Of a stretch of DNA of 64,000 nucleotides, positions 13,101 through 23,900 are shown in pieces (position 1 is the first letter of the stretch; each line of letters opens with the position of its first letter). The position numbers were made by a program, and so were the translations under genes. The notes under the pieces were generated by a model. The model searched no databases. It was not told the origin of the DNA and saw only the letters and a program-made list of their open reading frames with translations. Origin of the DNA: Leptogorgia sarmentosa. Taxonomy: Eukaryota. Location: NCBI GenBank assembly GCA_964658305.1, contig OZ210885.1, positions 11,036,001 to 11,100,000 on the forward strand, given 5' to 3'.

Positions 13101-16100
13101 TCCCTGCTCGCTTTTTACCTAGTTTATGACAAATTTAAAAGTTTGAAATACGTTTAATCCCCAACCCAAACCCTAAAAAACTAACCCTAACCATAAAAGT
13201 CGGGAAAATATTGAAAAAAAAGAAGTTTTAAGTTGAAATCACTAACGCGAAAAAAAAGTGTCGAGCCGGGGCTTGAACTATAAAACTACGACGCACGCAC
13301 CGAGTGCCTAACCGTCTGACCTAATTTCGAGCTCGCTGAAAAATATCGAAAACAAAAATATTTATAGTGGAAATGCATTACGTAACATTTAAAATGCGAA
13401 CAGGGAAGGCGTCGACCGTTTTGGAAGGCAACGACCGTTTACGAAAGGGAAAATAGCCTCGGCGCCAACCATGGTGGCGCCTCGTGACATTCGCTCCCCT
13501 CAAATTCGGGCAAAGATAAACTTTCTGCCCCCCTCTGAAAAAATGTACCACTTATGCTTATGCTTAGCATTGAACACGAAATACTAGACTCGCTTAAGTT
13601 AATGTCGCTGTGGTAAATGCCACTTTCACGTTAAAATGCTATTCCCTATGTTCATGCATATTATAGTTCTTGACGATATAATGGACAAGACTTTCAATTT
13701 GATTACATATATGTTTCATGTTTTCATATTCACCAAATTATGGCCCTTCACTTTTTGTTTGTCCCCGGCCCAATGATGGGTTAATCCGGCGCTGAATTAA
13801 ACGACAGGTTTATTCAAAAAAATGTTTAAATATTTACCAAATTGCTTGAAACTAACTCAATTTGTCGATTTCACACGCGAAAAATACTGCGATGAAGCCA
13901 TTAGTCCGACATGAAGTCAACACAAAAACATTCTGAAAATTCAGCCAATCAGGGCCAAGTAATTCGGCCCTCCGAATTAAGAAAAAATGCCCTCGTCATT
14001 AGCCAATCAGGTTCTAGTAATTTTGCCCTCAATATGATTATACATTCAATAGGCTGTTTTTTTTGCTAATTTTCGACATTTTTGAAAATGTTTATTGATT
14101 TTCAAAACTTTGGTTTTATCTCGGCAGAAAATGCGTTAATCTGTGCATGGGACATATCACAATTTACGTTAAGCATTACTGAACTAAATGGCACTTGTTT
14201 GAGTGTAATTTTAGGAGGCCACCCAGTAGAAAATTGAAGAATTAAAGAAAGGGAGTATTTTGATCCATATTTTTGGACATTTCTAAAAGGTAATGTATAT
14301 AATTGCACTGAAATTTTTACGCATGTGACCTTTTACACATTCCATAACTAGTAGCGTTATGGTCATCGTAACCCTCCAGATGTCCATGCAGTGACCTTAT
14401 TTTGTAGGTAATGTAAGTTATGCTGGTGATTGTACCAGGACCTACCTGAATGTCCGATTCCTTTTTGTAACGTACATTTCCAGATGTGGTATCGTCCTTC
14501 GTGGTTGTGAATGGGCAGGATTCCACAGCTTTCCAATCTTCCGTTCCTCTGGACTCGCTCAAATGGGTTTTCGCATCTGCCTGTAAGATCCGACTGATAC
14601 CAAAGTCTGCCAGCAACCAATTACCCTGGACGTTTCTCAAGATATTAGAGGGTTTCAAATCACGATGTAAAATAGGCTTTGGATCTCGATGGATGTCAGC
14701 TAGACCTCTTAAAACTTGCTGAATGATTTCTGGTGCAACACTTTGTAGGTCAGCCAAAGAACTGCGGTTAATGAAATCTTGTAATGTTTCTTCACATAAA
14801 TCCAATATTAAAAATAAGTATTCCTCGTCACTTTGTTCATCTAAAAACCAATAATTTACTACATACTTCGAGTCTACTGCGTTGATTTCGTTCAAAATTT
14901 CTTTTTCTTTTTCAGCTATATGAAAGCAGGCATCTCTGTGCAAACGTTTTACGGCTTTTTCGACTCCGTCTTCTCCAACACCGACATAAACGCGAGTGCC
15001 TAGACTTCCTATAGCGATGAGAAATTCCTTTGAGCAACAAACACGAACTCCGTTAACCTTCTGAATTCTTTCCGGATGATTTTTTGCATATTCACGCAAC
15101 TTGATCAATTTTTCACGATGAATTACTGATTTCTCTTGCCATGTCCAGAACTCTAGAAGTGAGAGAGACATTTGAAGAGATTTCTCGAAATGCTTGTCTT
15201 TAACTTTAATTCTAAGTTCAAACATTTCATAATTAGTTAATTTATATGTTTACTTTGAAGGAAATCAACGCATTAACTGCAAATACTAGTACTGCTTCAG
15301 GTAAAATTGGACATATTAATTATACATGTAGCAACTACTCGCCTTACCAACCATATAGCGTTTATAAATTTTTGTAATAGCGTCCTGTCAATCTATATTA
15401 CTTCTCTATATTTTTCTGAAGAATATCGGTTTGAATCCTCTTTTAGTCGCCGAATTTTATAATTTACAAAGCATCTGCCATTTGGGCTCTGCAGAAGTAA
15501 CACAGAGACCCTTACATGTACACGGTGCAATTTGCCTGCAAGTTTAAATTCGTATTAAAAAAGAGAATATCTATGATATATACCGGGTGGCGCAGAAAAA
15601 AGTTTACGCGTTTGATTTAGTAAGTGAAGAAAGCATAAGCGCTACATCGTTCAAATAAATTTAGCTGAATTCATAAAAGCCTAACTTTAATTTTGATGTA
15701 TAATACATGTATTTTCGTAAAGTATTACTCAAGATATTAGCATTTCAATTTGCAACTGCATTTTTAAAATGTCCCAAAATTAGCTAAAAGTTTTTATCAC
15801 CGTTGGTTTACTCGGACAGGTAACGTGAACGTTACCCTAATAAATTGGCCAACGTCGTATAACCTCTTCAGCATTATTTATGGTAGCATATTGCAAGCAA
15901 ACCCAAACTCGTTGTTGAATGATTAAACGAGGCATGTTTACAACCAGAAAGCTTAAATTCGTTCGAAATTCTTCGTCGCAAGCGCGAGTTAAATTCAATT
16001 TCCCAAAGGACAATTTCCCAAGGGACAAAATTTACCTTTTTCAAAATTTTGTTGCTTTTTCAATAATAATAAAACAAATAAATATTTAGAGAAAGCTTCG

Positions 16101-17303
16101 TAACAACGTTTTTAATCAAACTGAAATCATACAAGCGACTAGGTAATTGAGAAAATTCTAAAATTTATGTATAATATGTATAAAATGGATTCCGTATATA
16201 TATTTAACAATTGGATTACTCGCTCGAGATTTCTATGAGGTGATAGTTGATGATTAAATAAATAATTTAAAAACGCGTCTCAGAAGACATTTTCTTGAAC
16301 GAAAATTCACATGTTTTGCTACTCGCTATCTATCGAGGAATAGATAGCGAGTAGAGTAGCCAATCAAATTAGTATACGAGTATGATTCTACTAAATATAT
16401 ATAGATGCATGCATTCCTTGATTTCCTTGATGTCGAAACTATTTCCGATTTTTTGTTTAGTAAATTTTGTTTGTTTTTATCTTTCAAAATACAGAGCATT
16501 GCATCTTTTTGTTCCTCCCGTATACGAAATACAATGCTTAATTATAGACCAAGTAATGTCGAAATCTTTGTTATTATCTTTTAGTCCCCAAATTATAGGC
16601 ACAACACACGTATGATTAGGAAAAGTAAGCCACAGTGCGAGGCTACAGACCTATGCACTTGTAGAGACAAGAACACATGCCCACTTCAGGAAAAATGCAT
16701 GACCAAAGACATAGTTTACAAGGCCACTTTCACCTGCACAAACAGCACAAAACATTACATAGGCATGACGGCAAGTATACATTTAAAGAGCGATATAGAA
16801 ACCATATCAAATCATTTAAGCACAAAAGGTACTCAAACGAAACAGAACTTTCGAAATATATTTGGGAACTAAAAGATAATAACAAAGATTTCGACATTAC
16901 TTGGTCTATAATTAAGCATTGTGTTTCGTATACGGGAGGAACAAAAAGATGCAATTTATGTTTAGAAGAAAAGCTCTGTATTTTGAAAGATAAAAACAAA
17001 CAAAATTTACTAAACAAAAAATCGGAAATAGTTTCGACATGTAACCATAAAAAGAAATACCTAGTAAACAACCTAAACAATGGAAGGAAATCAAGGAATG
17101 CATGCATTGTTTGACGCCTATGCCCACGCTTCCGACTCAAAACACTTATAAGCAGCAAACTTTTCGAAATTTGTCAGCCATCTGATGATTCCTTTTGGAT
17201 GAAACAGGCTGTAGTGGCACCTTTTTGAGGCAAAACTATACTATTTGCTCTATCTATATGGTATCGAGCACTCTTTTGGCATTTCGTTAACCAAAACTTT
17301 ATC

Positions 17304-17353
<50 letters not shown>

Positions 17354-17905
17354 TTATTATATAGACAAGCACTATATATGAGATATTCTGTAATCTGATT
17401 GACTGAGCTACTCACTAGCTATTACTTCATATATAGTGAGTAGGACGAATTAATTATCTCACTCAAGTAAGCTTAAAACAAAATGGCTGAAAATGGCTGA
17501 GCGTTTCCCTCAAATGAATGATTTTAATAAATTTTATAATCTTCGCCTTTTGTCTATATAATAAAACAATTATACCATTCGCTCTCGTCGTATATGGCTG
17601 ATAGCCAACTCGGCTGCGCCTCGTCGGCTATCAGCTCATATACGACTCGAGCTCATGGTATAATTGTTAAATATATATACTTCAAAATAAGTAACTTATC
17701 GAAGGATAAAAAGTGCTCAATACTTTAAGACAAAAGTAGAGCGATAAATAATTTATTAAAATTCTTACAATGAATAAATTGCTACTTTAAGTTTCATGCT
17801 ACAATGCAATCATCAGGCAATGAATTCAATCAATTCAATCATCATTGCCTGATGATTGCATTGTAGCATGAAACTTAAAGTAGCAATTTATTCATTGTAA
17901 GAATT

Positions 17906-17953
<48 letters not shown>

Positions 17954-20900
17954 GATAAAGTTTTGGTGTATGTAGAATCATATATGAGTAGAGTGCTCGA
18001 TATACCGTAGTATAGAGCTAATAAAAGATAAGATAAAATAAACTTGGTTTACTTCATAAGATTTTATTCACTACAAATTTGTTTCGTATGACAAGCAATG
18101 CTTGCCACACTCATCAGGTGAATTTAAATGTCGCGCTATGTTGTTGCCAAGGTTATATATACTATATACATGTTAGACGTAAACGGAATGCTCAAGTATT
18201 AGATTACATTTTGATTATATATACAGATTATATTAAGTAATGTATATTACTTAAGAGAAATTTGTTTCTATGCCTGCATTTCGATAAAAGTTCGCTTCTT
18301 GAATTTAAAGAACAAAGTTCAGGGTGGTAAATTATAATGAATTTCTCATGTGTACAAAGACTGCATCGTTTTGTTGTGTTGTTGTAGCTCTTGCATTGTT
18401 TAATAATACGCCAGTTTATAGAGTACATGACCTTTGACTCTTTAAGTTTCCAGATGTATTTGCTTAGCTCTGTCGCATTTCTGTACTTGCTTAATCTGAA
18501 TGAGCTAGTGTGACAATTGTATCTTGTCTTGAACTCTCCTTCCGTGTGTCCGACATACGATTCCTTTATGTTCGTATCGTTCCTAACAACTGTTGCTTGG
18601 TATACTACGCTGGATGTTAGACATTTTCCAGACAGTGGACATGAGGGTTTATTCTTGCAATTGCATAGTCTTGGTTTCGTGCTGCATGCAGTCGACGCAT
18701 CTGTTGAGGTACGCTTATTTACTACCGATTTATTGTGGCCAGAAATTATATTACGGATGTTCGGCATGCAACTGTAACTTAGCTTCAAGGTATTTCTGTT
18801 GAATATTTTGTGTAGAGGGTTGTTTTTAGGAAAGCAATGATCAATTGCTTGAAGGAATTTATGACCGATATTCGTTTTGACATTTGAGTTATAAGGTGGA
18901 TTAAACCATATAACGTTTCTGTTTCTAGTGCGTTTAGTCTTTGTCTGCTGTGGGTTGTATTTTAACTTGTAGTTGTAACCACTTTTATGTAAGGCATCTT
19001 GGTATGGGGGACAAGCTGAATTAAATGCTTGTTCGTCAGACGAGATGTTGGACAATCGAGTGTTAATTGCAACTGGAATTGCCTTTAAAACTGTGGGTGG
19101 GTGATTGCTCTGACGATGGACATATTGGAGCGTATTTCCTGGTTTCATATATGGTTTGAATGACGAATCTCTTAGGTCGAATGTGACATCTAAGTAATTG
19201 ACACATTTTTTGTTGGCTTCGATTGTGAGTTAAATTGTGTTCATTAAAAGTTTTGCAAATCTGTTTCTTGATGTTTTCTATTACTCTTGGTTTTTCATCA
19301 AACGCTGCAAGGCCATCATCTCTATAGAGACCAATATCATTTCTATATTCTGGAGGGAGTTTGGATAGTAGGAATAAGCCAACTAGCTCGCATGTTTCTG
19401 CACCATCAAAACAGCCCATCGTTACATCAAAGAGGCTGTCTGACTCTTTCTTGCACCAGGTTTGCTTTCGGCTGAAAAGAACTGATTTCTTTGCTTGCAT
19501 TATTATGTGTTTCTCCTCATTCGTGATGGTGTTGAACTGGGAAGCAAAGGTCAAGGCATTGAGAAGTAGTTCTTCGGAGATGGATGGGTAAAAATCTACG
19601 ATGTCGAAACAAATGAACGAACGGGATGTCTTGTTAGGTAAATTCTTAAACCATGAAATAACAGAGCTCGTATTTTTCCATTGGTTTACGTTAGTATGGG
19701 CCAAAATATTTGAATTGATTCTTTGCAGGAGTTGTTTGCTGATGACGCCGATTTCTGATTTAGAAGGGTTGATTAGCCTGCAGGTTGGATTGTTCTGAAA
19801 ATTCGGTTTGTGGTCTTTCAATGTTACGAAACTTTCTTTGGGTGCAAATGCGTCGATTCGGCTGGCAAGTTCAAGATCCTCAGCTATAATCTTTTCCTCA
19901 TTTGTTATAATAGAGGTTATGTTGGCGCTAGCTTTCTTGTAGGACTTCGTTATAGCATTATCAAGCAATTTGTCGTATGAAGGGGTGTCTAACTTGTAAA
20001 AGTTTGTTGTCTTATCTGCGGATACTAAGACTTTATACTAAACTGAACTCTCCAGTTCAAGACAAGATACAATTGTCACACTAGCTCATTCAGTGTTAGT
20101 GCCAAAAATATGTATATTGTTTATGTTTAAGATAGTTATGGATATTTATTTAAATTTAGGAATCTATTTGCATGTCATGTAATATAATCAAAAAATTCAT
20201 TTAGCATGTCGGGAACTGACAGATAAGATAACAAACATTTTTAGATAATTATTGCATGACAGAGTGAGTGACAGTTAGAGAGTGAGGGTGCGAGTGAAAT
20301 AGTCACGAAAAGAGAGAAGCGAGTTAGTTGGACCGTGAGAGTGAGTGAGAGAGTGTGGCAACGAACCGTGAGATAGAGAGTATATAGCCCGTGCGCTATC
20401 CGTTTAGTGAGAATCAATTTATAACTTTAGTATATAAATTTCGAAATATAAACATTTAAAAAACCTCACTCTCAGCAAATTGTGATTTTGTCGAGGACTA
20501 CGAATTAGGAGGCAATTCTCGACATAGCGATTAACGTACACCGAAATAAGAACCTAGCTTTCCACCGATTTGTACTATAGTAACAACGTTTTTTGTACCG
20601 TACTGTGTTATCAACGAATAAAATAAGAATAATACAAACGAGTACAAAGTGTTGTTTCGGTTCATCCCTGCCGGTGTCGAGCTAGCATATTATCGCAGAT
20701 TCGCACCGACATTCAGATTAAGCAAGTACAGAAATGCGACAGAGCTAAGCAAATACATCTGGAAACTTAAAGAGTCAAAGGTCATGTGCTCTATAAGCTG
20801 GCGTATTATTAAAGCCCCCTTTACACAACCAAATTTTCTTTGCCGAATTTCATTTGCAAAAGGGGTTTTGACCATGTAAACGAGGTCGTTTTGACAAATT

Positions 20901-23900
20901 TACATTCAAAATACATTTGACACATGAAAATTGTCAAAGAACATTTGGTCGTGTGAAACGGGCTTAAACAACCAGGTGATCTCAACATGACAATCAAAAA
21001 AGGTAAATTTATTGAAATTATTTATCTTCTTTTACATTTCACGATAAAAACACGGTTAAAATATGCTTTAATACGACACCGAAATATTTCGCCGAAAATG
21101 TTTCTTCGTACTAAAAATTATTTCTAAAAATATATAAGAGAAATTAACTTAAAACTTATGTAAATCAACTGGTTTTAGTATTTTATTAAAAAGGATGAAT
21201 TTAAGTCAGGATAAACTGCAGATCTTCGATATATATTGCATTTTTTTGCCATTAAAACAAACATACAAAAGATTTTTTATTTGCTTCGGCCATTACGGAT
21301 TTAGGATTCCGGACCGTGGTCAAGATATCGTAAAATTCCGCCCGCCGCTGCAGCCAATCAAATTGCAGAAAACGCTAGGATTCCGCCCGCTGCTGATTTG
21401 CAAAAAAATAAACATATGTATATTTACCGGCTGGGAGGTCCGGATAGAAAAATATTTTGTCGAGGTCTCAAAAGCGGCCCGAGGCCGAAGGCCAAGGGAC
21501 GTTTTTGAGACCGAGACAAAATATTTTTCTATCCGGACCGACCTAAACGGTAAATAAAGGATTTATTTTTTTGCTGCGCATGCTATGATCAAATTCATAA
21601 GAAATTCCAGTGTAGTGAACTAGATTTTGAGATCAGTTGTGTTTGTTTACTTTGTTCCTCCATCGCAAGTATGGCTGCCAAACAGTCAAGGCGAGGTGAA
21701 AAAAAACCCTTCAGTTTTAGTACAATTGCTGCCTTTTCACTCAACATGACAATCAAAAAAGGTAAATTTATTGAAATTATTTATCTTCTTTTACATTTCA
21801 CGATAAAAACACGGTTAAAATATGCTTTAATACGACACCGAAATATTTCGCCGAAAATGTTTCTTCGTACTTAAAAATTATTTCTAAAAATATATAAGAG
21901 AAATTAACCTAAAACTTATGTAACAACCTCGTTCCCAGGCTCTTGATCCTCTTGCTCCCCGCTTGAGGAAAGACCCTGGTCGGGGCTGGTCACGTGATTG
22001 ATTGGCCTCAGGGGGTGAGGGGAAAGTCTCAAATTACATTTTTCCACGTGAAAACGTTACATTTCAATAGTAAGGAGTGAGTAAGGACTTAAATGTTACG
22101 AATAATAACATTAGGAACCTGCTTTAACCCGCTTATTAACGTTTTGAATTATACAAGAAAATCATCTAACAAGAACAAATTTTATCGACACAAGAAATCG
22201 AGCAATATGATCGTGATATCATCGTGCGCTTCGTCGCAAACCTCAGGCGCCGTTTCAAATTGAAGCGTTTCCGTATTAATATTCTGTAACACGCCTTTGA
22301 ATTGTTCCCATGCAGAAACCTTACAAAATTTGTGTTTATTTCCTTGTTTATTGGGACATATTCTTAATAACGACCCCGCGGATGTTCATACACATAGCTC
22401 CTTTGGGCAAAATTCACATCTTGGCACAACTGATTGCATGCATGCCAACATAAACATTTCACTCAATAACCACACAATGTGTATATATATTGTAAGTGTT
22501 CGCATGTATACAGTACACATGTTCTTTCGAAACCATGCAAGTATATTCACAGTCATTCTTATACAAAGTAAGAATAAAATTACGTATATTATTACGATAT
22601 ACAAATTCAAAGAATATCTTTTTACGATTTTTATTGTGCCTGCGCACTGTATTTATGATGGTAATGAAACAAATATTTCAAATTGTATTAAACGTATATT
22701 CGAGTTTATAAAAATTATAATGTAGCTAAGTTGTATGATATGCATGGAAGAGCCTTAGACTTTGCATTCTTGGATAATACAATGTTTGATATATACACTT
22801 CAAAGCAATTCTTGATCGTTGATATCTTTCATGAAAGTAAAATGGGATATTTTGGGGGTCGAGGTAGGCCATGTTTACAAATAGTCGGACGCTACCCGAT
22901 TTTCATAAATTCTACATTTACACGTACAGTAAATCCGTTGGGCTTGAGTAATGGGCAGGTTGATGCTGACAATTACATATTCCACTGTATCCTTTGGTCC
23001 TATGTGTATTATATCATAGCTTGTCTATACATTATGTGTTCAAATTCTTACGGTGAAAAGTCCTCGTCAAGCGCCTTTGTTGTCTACTGAAATCTGATCC
23101 AAGTTGTCTCGTGAAATGCAACTTAACACTCATTGTTACGCAGGAAGTATTTAATAACAAATATGATTTTTTTAGTTCTTCTATTTCTAATTTCATGTTG
23201 CAAATATTAATACTATCGTCCGAATCCAGAACACAAGTTGCAATTAAATAAAGCCAAACCAATTCGCTCCCCCTACCACCCCTCCCTAAGTATATTGTCA
23301 ATTTGGCACCCAAAATCTGGGTGCCACGTGACCAGCCCCGACCAGGGTCTTTCCTCAAGCAGGGAGCGAGAGGATCAAGAGCCTGGGAACGAGGTTGCTT
23401 ATGTAAATCAACTGGTTTTAGTATTTTATTAAAAAGGATGAATTTAAGTCAGGATAAACTGCAGATTTTCGATATATATTGCATTTTTTTGCCATTAAAA
23501 CAAACATACAAAAGATTTTTTATTTGCTTCGGCCATTACGGATTTAGGATTCCGGACCGTGGTCAAGATATCGTAAAATTCCGCCCGCTGCTGCAGCCAA
23601 TCAGATTGCAGAAAACGCTTGGATTCCGCCCGCTGCTGATTTGCAAAAAAATAAATTGTTTTATTTCCAGATCAAACATCTCAATGATCTAATTCTTCTA
23701 GAGGAAGAGGGTAATAGTCGATAGTCGTGAATCTTCTAAGCAGCTCAATAACATAATAAGTATAGTTTCCCGCAAATTGATGGCTCATTTCACGAACATT
23801 GGAGATATTTAGTAAGAGAAAATTCTTTATTTTTTTTGCAAATCAGCAGCGGGCGGAATCCTAGCGTTTTCTGCAATCTGATTGGCTGCAGCAGCGGGCG

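Larger units (their letters stand above)
12576..13794. mobile_element. hAT-type MITE (nested host)
   Basis: TIR cagtgccggatta/taatccggcgctg; 8-bp TSD aattaaac (12568-12575, 13795-13802). Confidence 0.8.
10972..14226 (+). mobile_element. Tc1/mariner relic hosting several nested insertions
   Basis: Long diverged TIRs (about 10972-11212 and 14041-14226) with TA on both sides. Transposase remnant WHPCSPNLTGWDFFPWGFLKHKI at about 11252-11445 resembles the WPPxSPDLxPxDFFLWGxLK motif. Confidence 0.75.

Noticed and set aside
10161..15225. Calling the kinase-KEN gene the IRE1 or RNase L orthologue
   Set aside because: No luminal domain, TM helix or ankyrin repeats in the assembled exons, and the kinase retains DFG. 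It belongs to the family, but orthology cannot be supported.
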